NCBI RefSeq assembly: GCF_044704955.1
Contig: NC_091997.1
Span: 33,108,001-33,172,000 of the forward strand
Reading direction: 5' to 3'
Origin: Pristiophorus japonicus
Lineage: Eukaryota
Length of the DNA: 64,000 nucleotides
Of the stretch, positions 49,943-62,530 are shown piece after piece (positions within the stretch are counted from its first letter, which is position 1; the number at the start of each line of letters is the position of its first letter). The notes beneath the pieces are model-generated. The model was not told the DNA's origin. It did not search any database and saw nothing but the letters and a program-made list of their open reading frames with translations. Position numbers and translations under genes: made by a program.

Positions 49943-50384
49943 CGATTCGCCAAGACATAGCGTCAATGTAGCAATTCAGCCATGTATAAAATGTGTTCAG
50001 TATTTCATATTTTAAATTCCAATAATGTGGAATAATAAAAGTCTGTGTGATATAGGATTAATCTCACAGTAAATAATTTATTCTTCAGCCTTGACCTGGA
50101 GTCCACAAGAATTGCAGTCTTTATTGCACAGGTATTTAATTAAATACGGTTTTATTCAGTTGCAGTTTCGTAAATTGTGTCAAGACCGTGAAAAAAAATT
50201 GTACATTCCCCTTTTCACTAACTCAGGAAAACATATATCGGAATTGTATTTATAGTAAAGCTGCTTTATTGTATAGCTCCCAAAACTGTGACGAGTTATT
50301 TCATGTTTTAGAGGTAGCCTATTTATTGAAAATTCTGAAATAGTGAATTTTAAATTATTTATTGTACATTATTTTCATAGTTTA

Positions 50385-50390
50385 AATAAA
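50385..50390 (+). terminator. Likely HoxB2 polyadenylation signal
   Basis: AATAAA at the end of an AU-rich region, with GT-rich sequence downstream. Confidence 0.5.
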
Positions 50391-51024
50391 ACGACTTAAT
50401 TATTTAATGAACCTTCACTGTCTGTGTTTCCAGGTGGCTGTTAGTGTGCTTATTCTATTAGAAATATGTGCACCGTGATTAAAACCAACAATAGCTTGCG
50501 CAGAAAATATTCGCTGTAAAAAATGATAAATCACAGTATTATTTTATCTAAGGAGAAGTGTACCTGTCCTAAATACTTGGTTTGGTGGCGGTATATGTGC
50601 AACAATAAAATCGCAGGTATTATATGGTCTAGTGAATGGGTTGTAACAATCCATCGCTTTAAACAACAGGATGGATATCCACATGTTTTAACCTCCTTTG
50701 GAGCTCCCCTTTCCGCTATTTTTGCTGTTAACTGTACATGTTTTTGGGTTCACTTTACCTTGGAAGATGCCTTAGTGAAATGGGTACACCAAAATGTGTA
50801 TTTTAAAAGGTATTTTCGAATGATAATTTCATTTCCCATTCTATTGACATTCCTTCCCCCCCCCCCCCCCCGCCCCGTCCCCACTCCCTCCCCATCCCTG
50901 AATCAAACAGACCAACAATTATTCAATCAACTTCCCATCCAGGCACTCAATGAGATTTACAACTCCCTGACTTCGCCGATTTCTGTTAAATAAATCTTGT
51001 AAAGAATATTGTAGAGTTTTCTCC

Positions 51025-51165
51025 AGATGACTGCTTGAAGAAGTAAAAGGTGAAAGGATGAGGGGAAATTGGGTTAAAGTAGATACCCTCAACATGAAGC
51101 AAGGGCCACCACAGGTTCGATGAGCAGAATGGCCACCCCCTGTGCGGAAATGTATGTTATTCTAT
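51025..51165 (+). mobile_element. Degenerate 3' end of a CR1-type LINE (HER1/HE1-like tail)
   Basis: CACAGGTTCGATGAGCAGAATGGCCACCCCCTGTGC...TATGTTATTCTAT resembles the shark CR1 tail GATGGGCCGAATGGCCTCCTTCTGTGC...ATTCTAT. Confidence 0.65.
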
Positions 51166-52869
51166 AGGGTACCCATTTTTAATTGAGCTGAAGACAGTGT
51201 TTAAGTGACTTAGGACATAAAACAAACCACAAAAAATGTGAGGAAAATGTGTTATAAACACAGACCAACAGAAGCCCTGTGGGGAGGGTGGGTGGGGGGA
51301 GGGGCTCAATGTGATTCCTTTCCCATCCATCCAAACAAATCCGCTTCTTTTCACTAACCATTGCTGACTGAGAGAATTTAAAGGACGCTTTTAAAAGAGA
51401 ATATATATCTGTACGGGTCCCCTGAAATTTAATCTGTTTTGGTTGGTGTAATTTGTTGCTTTAAATGCCCCGGGATTGTATGTAATAGGTGCAATAGCCT
51501 CCCACCACTCTCTCTGTGATATATAACATTATGGCGAAAAATGAGTGGTGAGAGAGGTCGAGGGAGCAAGACGGCGAGGAAATTAAAAGGCGCACTTTGG
51601 AGAACCAGGAAAGAAAGATAAAAGAATTTAGGAAATAAAAGCAAGAAGAGGTGCTGAGAATTCACGGAGGCAGCGGCCAAATGTAGGTTATGACAGGAAA
51701 AACATTGTCTCAGCTTGGAAGGGAAATCTTCGCCAGAAAATAAATAAAAACATAGATCATCAGTTAATTTTGTTTTAATTTGCAATTGCGCTCCACTTTC
51801 CTCCCCCAGCCCACGTTTTGCCAAGGGAGCCTTACTTACAAGATGTAATGTTTTAAAAACTTAAGCTCATACATCAAGCTGCTTTATGAATGAGGACGGG
51901 GGAGGGGGGGGGGGTGGTCATCTCGAGAAATCAATGGCAGTGACACAAAAAATAAATCATATTACGCATTTGCCGAGTCACGGGTGTTTCCCAAGCAAAG
52001 ACAGAAATTTGCTTGTGCCTTGGGAGATTCTGCACAGAAAATGCTGCTGAGATCAGGATCACTGGGTCCGCCTTGTCCCTTCAAAATGGCGCCGTGTGTG
52101 CACCCGGCAGAAAACACTCTCACTATTTACTGATTTATTCCACAATATTTTCATCTGCACCGGATTTTTAAATCATTGTGCCATTGCATTTTAAAACTTC
52201 TAGTTTTGTTTCGTAATTATGCCTTTTAAGATACTTTGAAACACTTACACAATTGAATCCTTTTTTACACTCCCTCATGTCTTAACTTTTCACCGCTCCA
52301 CACCCCCCCCCCCTTCTCTTTGTCTCGTGTTTCTTCAATTATTCTTTTCGTTTATCGACCTTTGCTTCATCTTTAGTATTTTAGGCGCTGATTCTATTTA
52401 ACTAACCGCCTGCCTCCCGTCCAATGCTACTTGTGTTACAGGCACCACTTAATCTGCGAATGCTAGAGGTGGGTTTCAAAAATACAAATCACACAAGGAA
52501 ATATTCTCGTCTGGTCATTAGAGGCAGGCAGCGTTTGTGGGGTTCCTATAACAATAGCTTCGGCTTTTCAGCATCCAAATCCAAGAGTCCTGAGAACCAG
52601 TGGGGGGGGAAAAACAAAACAGTAAAAAAGATGCAGAGGCAGAGAGAAAGAAAAACAAGTGTACGAATAAACAAAATTAAAAATAAAAATAGCCAGGGAT
52701 GGACCCCAAAGACAAAGGGAGGAAGTTTGAAACCAGGACATACAGGGTGGCACATACATATATAGAGAAATATATTCAGAAGTGGAGAGAAAAAGAAAAA
52801 AGGCACAATGAGGACAGATAGAAACATATAAACAGAGAGAACGAGCGCCATGGCTTCTACGTGATTCTA

Positions 52870-52905
52870 AGAGCAGATGGCAGAATGGGCTCCCTTGTAC
52901 AGAGG
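52870..52905 (+). mobile_element. Possible highly eroded CR1/SINE tail
   Basis: GATGGCAGAATGGGCTCCCTTGTAC, weak similarity to the same tail. Confidence 0.3.
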
Positions 52906-54044
52906 AATTTTGTTCCCGTGTTTAACAGAGTCTGAGCTCCGGGAAATTCTCGGATTTGGTCTTGCCATGGAGTTATGTGCACTTCTTTATTCCGGTATAA
53001 ATGCATGACAGTTTAATTGAGTAGAAACTCCTTCAACTTACGTGTGCAAAGCTTGACGTGTTATCAATACAAATCTCTAACGAGCGCCTCTTTACATAGC
53101 ATAATGACCAGTAAAACTTGCTCCACGTCCAGGGAACACGCCAGTGACAATTACAAATCAATTCTACGCCCACAGAACAGCCTTAATAAATGGGAACTAA
53201 CCACTCAATCCGACCTTCCTTAAAGACATAGTGTATCCTTTTTTTCTCCTCCTACTTGTCAATTTCTGATCAATTTCATAAATTTAAAATCAATCGTTCA
53301 GACATATTTCTCCATGTACTTTGATAGGCTTGGAAACTGGGACGTCAATAAACAGATAGCTGAAATAAACTTAAATATTATTTAAAAAACAAATTCTGTA
53401 ATAAATTTAACAATTAAACACTCAATGCCAATAATAAAACGATTACATGAGTCAGAATGACAAATGCCACGTACTGGGTTTGTATATTACTGGTCTCTAA
53501 ATTAGACCTTTAAAAGCCTTGGGATATAGTGAATAGCGCTTTACAGAGGCGGCCTGTTGTTTACACAGAAATCTACAAATCATGTCCAAGAGTGAAGGGC
53601 TCCTATTGCTTATCCATATTGAACCGTCCATTGATGATGGCTGAAACATTACAGCCTGCAACACACCGCATGGTTTCTCGTTTTTCAAATGTTCCATTTC
53701 TTTTTTTTTCTCACATCGCTTCACTTCCCATTATATAGAGGGGGGAGTACTAACTACCATAAGTGTATTTGTGCACATATGCTATCGCATCAGATCTTCC
53801 AACATGGACACCCACCGCTAGCACACACGTCACTATGGCAACTGAAGTGCCCGAAGCTTTTGCCTGAAAATAATGCATTACAACAGATTTTAAACAAGAC
53901 ACCAACTTTAACAGTGCAGCACCTCGCCTTTCTCGCTGTTATCCTAACAGACAATCCCGTCGGGTCTTTAAACCGTTCTTTGCCAGGACCTCAGAACTCT
54001 TTCTCGGCCTTCCTTCCTCATAATCTACTGGCTTGATGCACCTA

Positions 54045-54130
54045 ACTTCTTCTCTTCTCCTCCTCCTCTTCTTCTTCTTCTTCTACTTCTTCGTTTCTTC
54101 TTCTTCTGCAGTTATCTCATCTTCATTCAT
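54045..54130. repeat. (CTT/CTC)n low-complexity tract
   Basis: Direct inspection. Confidence 0.85.
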
Positions 54131-55966
54131 TATCTATCTTACTTTTTTCAAGCGTGTCCTACATAACGCTTTTGACCCTTCGTCTAGTTGTTTTCCCCAT
54201 GAAAATGTTTCTGATTTCTTGGATTATTGCATTCGAGATATTTCAACAGCGAGCCCCAATGGGATTTCACATCTGGTTTAGATTTGATCCTTGGGGGGGG
54301 GGGGGGGGGACAGGGTACAGAAGAGGAGTTTTAAGGAGGTCACAGCACAATGCTTAACATTGCTCTGTGATTGGAACCATTGCATCCTTATCGCTCATTG
54401 AGCAGGGCAGATAAGACCTCATGTGGTACCTCAGCCATCAGTGCCCCCTGAAGACACCATTAGGGTATCAGTACCAATTTGATGCACTGGTAAGGAGAGG
54501 AAACTATTTTTCACTTTGCAAAAAGGTCATGAAATTTTTGGTACAAAAATTAAAACAACATTGTATATTTCTTATACATGGCACTTTTGTATTCTTTGCA
54601 AAATATTGTGTACTGTAAATATTCTTCTTCTACTACAATACAAGAGGTCACACTATTCTGAATTAAAGGCTTGACAGGAAAAGAGGGCAGGATTACATTT
54701 TCGTAAATACATATTCAAAACAATAAAGGGGCAAAGAAGTAGGTATAGCGTTTCTCAGTGAACTGAATCCAACACGATAGCTTTGATAGACACTCGGATG
54801 AAAGGAATCACATATGATTTGTGCAATCACATTGTTAAAGGAGGTTGACATAAATAAGAAGATCGCTATCGAGGATTGTGTCACTGTTGGGGAATCACTG
54901 AAGATCTGTAACAACGATTTAAAATATTGACTGAGGGGTTCAGTGTCCCTCTAAGAATGTTATAAATCTGTTGCTCGCGGCAGCAGGAGCAAGACAAACT
55001 TGCAACAAACATCTCATTGAAGGCGAGTTCTTCAATCCTTAATCAGTCCAGTTTCCGTGTCTTTGCTACACGGAGACTAACTATTGCCAGAGACATTGCT
55101 TGCGCATTTAAAGAGAGCAGCAACGGATTCTGAACATGTAGTTGCAGTTATGATCAGTTTGAATAAGGTTCAATTAGTTTCAGTGCATGATAGACGTTAG
55201 CTGATAAATTCTTGGCTTTTATCAACACAGATTAGAATCTGGACCAGTGAAAGTGAACGTATTTTAGTTCACTGCAACTAAATACGTGTAAGTAATATTG
55301 CATAATATGGTATCGAATGCATCATCCCCGTTTCCCAACTATCCCAATCAATAAAATAATCCAGTATGGCTTGAAAGTACTATTCATTTCTGTCAACCAC
55401 CTTCTTTCCATTTACACGCAGCTTAAAATGGAAATTGCTAGTTTATTAAGTAATTCGTGTCAGTACAGTTATTTTCAAATGATTAATTAAATGTCTTTCA
55501 TACTAGGTGGAAGGTGCGTGGGCGCAGAGTCGGACACAGATCTATATTGTCGAAATGTAACACAGATCGAAAACACGAGCGAGGCTTTCTGCTTCGTTGT
55601 AGTTGGACTGGCCCAAAAGTTTTACTCGCCAAAGGTTCCTTTATTCAACCAACACTGGCTGCATCTGACATCGTGCATGAGCAGCTGGCAGATGCACAGC
55701 ATTTATGGCGCTCATTCACAATCCTGTGCCAGCACGTGTTCAATCATCAGTCCAGTGAAACCCCAGCAAGTGGCTATGTTTGAGAAAGTGCTACCGTGAA
55801 ACTTTGTTGAGTTACTTATATAATGTATTGCAAGCTAAATATACTTTTTTTTAGATCATCATGCAGTATTAGGGATCCCGTTCGGGATTCTGACCGGAAA
55901 CATAACATCTGCATGTCTAGTTCAGATTTAGTATAACTGTTATGGCAATATGCTTTAAATAACGCA

Positions 55967-56254
55967 TCTCCCTGTCTCTTCCCAGTTCACTTCGTTCTTC
56001 TCTTTTGCTTTCTCGATCTCTCTGTTTTTCTCTGTTTCTCTTGTTTTTGTGTACCTTGCTCTGTGTACAGTTCCCTCTTTGCCTCTCTTTCCCTCTGTAA
56101 TTATTCGTCGGTACCCCTCTCCTCTCTGTGCTTCTCAATTCCTATCCCTTTCCCTTCTCTGTATCTTCCCCTCTGTATCGCTCCCTTTCTATCTGTACTT
56201 ATCCATCTATATCCTTACTTCCCTCCCATTCCCTCTCTATCTCTCGCTCTCCCT
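55967..56254. repeat. About 290-nt pyrimidine-rich (CT) low-complexity tract
   Basis: Strong C/T strand bias, degenerate CT repeats. Confidence 0.85.
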
Positions 56255-56870
56255 AAAGGGAAAAGTGCAGCAAGCAGCAGCAAAATGGAGCTGACATCAA
56301 AGATTTAAATTGTTGGCTGCCAGTGCTGCCTTTGACATATGGATCCATCGACTGAATGAGTGAAGGCAAAAATAATGTTTCTTGAATTCGGTGACAGTGA
56401 TAAGGTATCATTATGTAGAAAATATAAGCTCTCCATGAACCTAACAGATGGCGGGCGACGAGCAGCTCGAATGTCTAGGTGCAACAGTGACACATCACAT
56501 ACTGTACAATTAATCTTTTTCTGTTAACTGCGTAAATTAGTATAATTGTAGGCCCCGGGCTTCTGGCTAATCACCACTAAACTGTGTGTATATATGTGAT
56601 AACCCAGAATGTAAAGGGAAAACCGTCTTATTATGTCAAACATATTAAACGTGCTTAAATGCTAAGATAATAGTACATATCCTGACAGCACACGAAACTC
56701 GACTGTGAAGGACATTGCGTGAGATGCCTTCAATTCCGACAAAATATGAATAATCACCACTCACTTTGTCAAGCTAGTCTGCCACTTTTAGTTAACTTGG
56801 GTTTGCTGACTTAGGTAAGATGCAGTTCAAAACTTGAAACGAGGAACTATTTATGATCCATAGAATAACA

Positions 56871-56910
56871 CCCCCCCCCCCACCCCACACACACACACAC
56901 ACACACACAC
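56871..56910. repeat. poly-C plus (CA)n microsatellite
   Basis: Direct inspection. Confidence 0.9.
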
Positions 56911-58083
56911 TCCCCTCCCTCGTGTAGAATCGTCAAAACTTCAGTCCAAGTTCTGGAAAGTAATATATGGCACCCACTGAGAAATGAGATGACTGATTTC
57001 TCCCGTTGTGCTGTCAGCACTGCATCTATTACAGGTACCCATAAGCTTCATGACAAGGCTAAGGGTACATAAGATGAATACTTCCAAGTTTAAAAAAAAA
57101 CAAAAATATTTGTTTTTAAATTCAAAAGCATATAGGCGATTCAACTCACACTTGTGATTTATTACATTATTGATGAATTGATTGGACGTATTACTTTCAC
57201 AAGGCAATCACTTCTTCACGGTGGAAATAAGCCTCTTAAATATACATTATCTTTGTTTTAATGGTGTAACCAGGCTGAACTCTCAAATTATAGAAAGGAT
57301 TCTTTCGGATTGGCATCGTATTTTTTATGTTTCGTCTTTCATTGAATTCCCTACAGTTTTACTGAAGGAACAGAAATGACAGCATGGGTATGTTTTATTA
57401 CATTACACTTCTAAATTTAACCCATGGTTTTATGACTCTTTAGCAGATCCCAGCGAATTACAAAATTGGGACATAAAAAACGGTAATTAAGCAACATGCA
57501 ATTCTAACTGGGTAATACTCATCTATATTACATTTGTTATGAGACCTTTTATCAAACATCCCATGAGGAACATTACCTTTCCAAAAATCATATGGACATC
57601 TCATAGCTTTTAATGCACTGCAGCATTCACCAAAAGATCGTTGCAATTCATTTCAAACGACTGCTTTATTTTTTAACCCCTCCCCCATACAGCCGGCTCT
57701 ATTTTTGTCTGTATCCGTGCTGTGATATGTTTGATTCATTTCCGCCTACTCCAGACTTTGAAAACAAAGTTAAGTGAGATGCTTGCATCTTTCAACCTGT
57801 TTATTTTTTAAAAACTAAAACGTCTCAAACTGACTATAAATAAGGCTATGGTTCGTTCCTTGCAGTCCTGCATTATTCAAATAAAACATTAAAATATATA
57901 TTAAATTACCTACTTGAGGTCTGCTGTGCTTCAGGAAGATAATATGCCCAGATTTTTTAGGCAGCTGTGGTTCTTGGTTTGAACAAATCTTTTTAACACT
58001 TTAAAGACAATCTTGAATAATTCCAACTTTCTCCCCCCTCCCTTTTTTTCTGAAGGCTGATTTGACGTTTAAGTGTTGCTATC

Positions 58084-58148
58084 AGATTGATGCGGATACC
58101 TTTGATTGAAAGCTTTTGTGATGTAAATGTCACCGCGGTGATGGATCG
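58084..58148 (+). promoter_or_regulatory. HoxB1 r4 autoregulatory element (ARE)
   Basis: R1 AGATTGATGC 58084, R2 TGATTGAAAG 58103, Sox/Oct-like CTTTTGTGATGTAAAT 58113-58128 and R3 TGATGGATCG 58139, in the known order. Confidence 0.9.
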
Positions 58149-58332
58149 CCTCATGCAGTTCACTAACATCAGGAGGTCCCTTGCCATTGGCGACTCGGGG
58201 TCACGTGAATGTCCTCTTGAGTGATATCGTTTGATTGCCAGCGAGCCATGGAGGAAGTTTACAGGGTGACATAGTGCTTGGGGTTTCAGGGGCAGGGGGA
58301 TACCGAACAGGTTGACCGTCCATCACTGGCAG

Positions 58333-58924
58333 ATGGACAATACCAGGATGAACTCCTTCTTAGAGTACGCAATTTGTAATCGTGGGACGGGCGCCTACTC
58401 ATCCAAGGGTTACCACCATTCAGAACAAGGGATAACAGCTTTCGCTCCTTCTGCAGGTAACATTGACAATTGCAATGGTGATGGACGATTCTTAGTAGGA
58501 GGAAGCGCGCACAATACACTCCAACATCAGCACCAGCCAGCCAGTTACTCGCATCATTCCAGTCTGGGAAACCCATACGCCAGTTCAGGCCCCAACAATT
58601 ACACATCCCAACCTTGCAACCCGGGTTACAATCACCACTATTTTTTCAATCAAGAATCGGATGGGGCGTACTTTCAAACCTCAGGGTACACTGGCAACAT
58701 AGCATCCACTGTCAACCCGCTTTCGGACGGCTATTGCGGTGTCTCAGGGCCAAGCCAGTATCAGCATTCCTACGGCCAAGAGCAACAGGGTTTGGCGTAT
58801 GGGACTTATGCTAATCTGTCTCCAACTCAAGAGGGGGAAAAGGAACCTTCCTGCATCTCTGATTCACCCTCGTCAGGACAGACGTTTGACTGGATGAAAG
58901 TGAAAAGAAACCCTCCTAAAACAG
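58333..58924 (+). CDS. HOXB1: HoxB1 coding exon 1
   Basis: MDNTRMNSFLEYAICNRG; TFDWMKVKRNPPKT; donor CAG|GTTAGT at 58925, phase 1. Confidence 0.96.
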
Positions 58925-59379
58925 GTTAGTATGAGTAGCTCTAACCCTAACCTTCATCCTTTCCTTACCTGTAAATGATTCAAGGAACTAGCGAAAATCT
59001 AAATTCAAGCACTTTCCAACTTTCACAATTGAATTCTTTCAAGTTGTAAGATACCATTGAAGCTAATATTCATTTGCTTCTGAAAACGTCTAAAGAGAAT
59101 TAAAAAAAAATACTTTGTCCTCTGTTTGAACTTTGCAAAGTAAGAAGCTACAGTATTCGAATGGTTTTGCAGCAACCCATTTGCTGTCGCCCCTCCCCCT
59201 GGCCGGAATCAATTGGAGTAAATCAGAGATAAGCGGCCGGTTGATTTTGAATTTATGAAACTGACCTGAAAATGACAGGCAGCTCGGTGTGGAAAACAGG
59301 ACTGCAGCTTTAAATGTGATGTGCACGGGCCTGTCCTTATATCTCCACTCGGCGACACTTGATCGCTGTGTGCAAATTA

Positions 59380-59414
59380 ACAATTGTAATGGTGATGGAC
59401 GATTCTTAGCAGGA
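59380..59414 (+). repeat. Intronic copy of HoxB1 exon 1 segment 58466-58500
   Basis: 33/35 identical direct repeat. Confidence 0.95.
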
Positions 59415-59703
59415 ATGTGTGTTTCACAGTGAGTTGGTTTAGTAAGATGCGCTAACATTTTTGGGGAAAACCCAACGGATCGGAGCGAGTGTATCGCAAG
59501 GGCGTTGCAATGGCTTCATTAAGGGTTAATATTCTGTTTCAGAGTCGTGTCTTTCAATAAGATGAGTTGAATCCAGCCTAAAAGCCTTGTGTTCTAGTCT
59601 CTTGCTTCTATCAAGTTCCGGGACTCTTAAGTGCTCAAGTTGTTGGCTAATGGTGGTTGCCCATGTAGGGTTCATCTAATTGTTTTCCCTTTAATTTTTG
59701 CAG

Positions 59704-60047
59704 CCAAAATAGCTGATTACGGTTTGGGTGGCCAGACCAACACAATACGAACCAATTTCACCACGAAGCAGTTAACTGAACTGGAGAAAGAATTCCACTT
59801 TAACAAGTACCTGACCCGCGCCAGGAGAGTGGAGATCGCGGCCACTCTGGAGCTGAACGAGACCCAAGTGAAAATCTGGTTTCAGAACCGCAGGATGAAG
59901 CAGAAGAAGCGAGAGAAGGAAGGATTCGCTCCCCACTTCCCCGCCAACGCTGCTAAGGAACCCGGGGACGGGTCTGACAAGTCATCAACTACCTCTCCAT
60001 CCACATCGCCCAGATCGTCTACATCAGAGAACATCCACACCTCTTAA
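59704..60047 (+). CDS. HOXB1: HoxB1 coding exon 2 (homeodomain)
   Basis: Acceptor TTTTTGCAG|CC; [61 protein letters not shown]; spliced CDS 936 nt. Confidence 0.96.
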
Positions 60048-61167
60048 CTCAGGCTATCAAAACAAAACGCTTTCCCCAAAAAAGGGAGGATATGACTTTA
60101 ATTTCCTTCATTACATTTTACTGATGCTAATTGCCCGCTCCTGTTTGTGTTATACTTGTAATAAACTCAGGGAAATTACCCAAAAAAAGTTAGCATTGCA
60201 CTTTTTACATGTTTACAATGCGAGAATCCCATATTTTGATACCGATGATTGTAATATGACATATTGTCCAGTTGGTTGTATATATATATTTTTAGCTTGC
60301 GATTCTGACTGCCAACCTTGTTAATGTAAACTTTACAGGGAGTCTGGCTTCCGAGAGCCTCGCCGTCTATGCATAGGTGTAGATTTCAGTCTATTTTGTA
60401 TTTAAGAATCAATTATTTCAAACGGAATTGTTTGTATATATCGGAAATTGCGATGAAACACCTTCATTCTGCAGTGTGAGGTATGTTTTATGAGATCTGT
60501 GGTATTTTTTTGTGATTGCACTACTAATACTGTAACAGGGTTATCGATTAAAAAGATACATGTTAGGTGTAGAAAGGAAGTGGAGACTTTTAAGAAATGG
60601 AGTGGAGATTGTAGCAGGCGCGTGTTAAATGTTAACAGACAAATACTAATATCGTTCGTTCACTTTTGCGGTATTTTCTTTTCTTTCAGTTGCTTGATCA
60701 AAGCTTATCGTTTCTTAAATCAAAAACTCTGACTAGATTTTTCGTTACAACACTACCAAATATTTCCAAAAAAGATGATAATTCCGAGAATATTTGCCTT
60801 TTCGATTGTTTATAGGCCTTGGCGCAGCTATCTCTTGATATCAATGTGAGCAAGGCTGGAGACAGCATGGGATTGGGTATGCTCTGGTGGCAAATGTGTT
60901 GTAACGCGGCCAAATGCATCCTTCAAGATTTCCTCTGGGCGATACTGCTCGAATTGACCATTTCGCTAGTATTGCCGACCAGAGGACACCTTCTAAATAA
61001 AAAGACCATCGCCGACGTCGCTAGACATGGCGACCAGAGCAACCTTACCCCAGGTGATGATGCTTTGATTGAAATCTTTTACTGAGTTTTATCAGTTTTG
61101 TATCTCAGCCCGTTAGCAGCCCTCCAAACGTTGAATTTGCAACTGTAGTGTTCAGCTACCTCATTCC

Positions 61168-61173
61168 AATAAA
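61168..61173 (+). terminator. Likely distal HoxB1 polyadenylation signal
   Basis: AATAAA followed by a T/GT-rich element; a proximal AATAAA lies at 60160. Confidence 0.55.
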
Positions 61174-61753
61174 ATCGATTTGATTATTATAACACACTTT
61201 GTTTCTTGACTGTTTTCATTTTTCTTGCCATTCTTTCTCAAAATAAGACAAGTTATAGAGGATGCATCTTTCTAGGGATGGTCTGTGATGGAGCTATACT
61301 ATCTATGACAATACAATGTTCCGGAGCAATGTTTTATTTCCTGCAGTTATTGCACTTTGACCACTGAGAAGTATTCCAATCTATAGCCAGTAATCTGTCT
61401 GTTCGCAGCCCATAAATAAACCAAAGCACACAACGTGATCACTGGATGGTTGCTTTTTAGCACATGGGATTGACCTTATATCGACAAAATCGTTAGAAAA
61501 CAAATACCAGAGCTTTAAAGTGTGCAATGAAAATCAAACTTCTTAAAAAGGCCGTCCGTGGCTTGCAAATGCGTATAATTTCAAGGAATGTTTAATTCAA
61601 TGCTGCTCAGCTTTGCTGGAATCTGAAAGGCAGCATTCATTGCAGGGTGAATATCGTTGGTGAACGACATTAAACAAACACTCCTCGGCCATCTCTTTAA
61701 AATAAATGTAGAGGCGAAGCGAGGAATGCAACAGCAAACTCCGGATGTACGAG

Positions 61754-61767
61754 TGACCTTTTTACCT
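61754..61767 (-). promoter_or_regulatory. HoxB1 3' DR2 RARE
   Basis: TGACCT TT TTACCT equals AGGTAA AA AGGTCA on the minus strand, the recalled Hoxb1 3' DR2 sequence; 1.7 kb after the stop. Confidence 0.88.
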
Positions 61768-61877
61768 CCAAACGCCTCTGGGATTAACAAACAAGTCAAC
61801 AAAAGCCGCCTGAAGATGACACCGTTGTCCATCTCAGGCAGAGAACTCTCAAACTTTCCACATATACAGAAATTTAC

Positions 61878-61907
61878 ATATATATATATATATATATAGA
61901 GAGAGAG
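61878..61907. repeat. (AT)n(AG)n compound microsatellite
   Basis: Direct inspection. Confidence 0.9.
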
Positions 61908-62304
61908 CGAGATAATGGAGAGAGGAAAAGAGAGAGAATGCAGAGAAACTGGCGAAATTCAGAATAAACTGCAGGGTACAATTAATGCAATAAATCAGAA
62001 CTGATGTTTCAAAAGTAATCACCCAGAAAAGGTTCTAATTTCTATTTCTATTGCCAGTTTTAGCTCTAATGACATAAATCGGAATGGAGAACGTGTACTC
62101 ATTTAAATTAAACCACTTTTCTGCAACAGCCACTGGCCAAATAAACAAATTAGATAGTGACTGGAAAGGACCAGATTCCTATGTAATTTAAAACTATGCA
62201 TAACTTTTACATGTCTAATTAAATTAGCCCCCCCCCCATATACACTGTGACCTATATATACTTATACACGTTATTCAGTTCTAAGTACAGATGTACAGCT
62301 CCCC

Positions 62305-62530
62305 TCGTATATACACAAACAGACTTACACTCACGCACACACGTTTGGATTCGCACAAAATGTACACATTAACAATTCCAAACACAGTGTCACACAGTTA
62401 TAGATACGTGCACACAGATACACGGAAATATAAATCACACTTTCAATATTCACACACACACATACATAATCACATACATATATATATATACACACAAACA
62501 CGCATACGCATATACATATGCACATCCACA
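62305..62530. repeat. Degenerate CA/TA-rich low-complexity region
   Basis: Interspersed CACA/TATA/TACA units. Confidence 0.75.

Noticed and set aside
50523-50993. 156-aa ORF downstream of HoxB2 (and 52424-52765, 53689-54036, 62291-62617)
   Set aside because: Low-complexity or compositionally random translations with no recognisable domain or splice support
54690-54780. Faint similarity of DYIFVN..RGKEVGIAFL to a LINE endonuclease motif
   Set aside because: Too short and interrupted by a stop to support without a search
56440-56454. Second CTCF-like motif CTAACAGATGGCGG
   Set aside because: Three mismatches including the 5' core; likely chance
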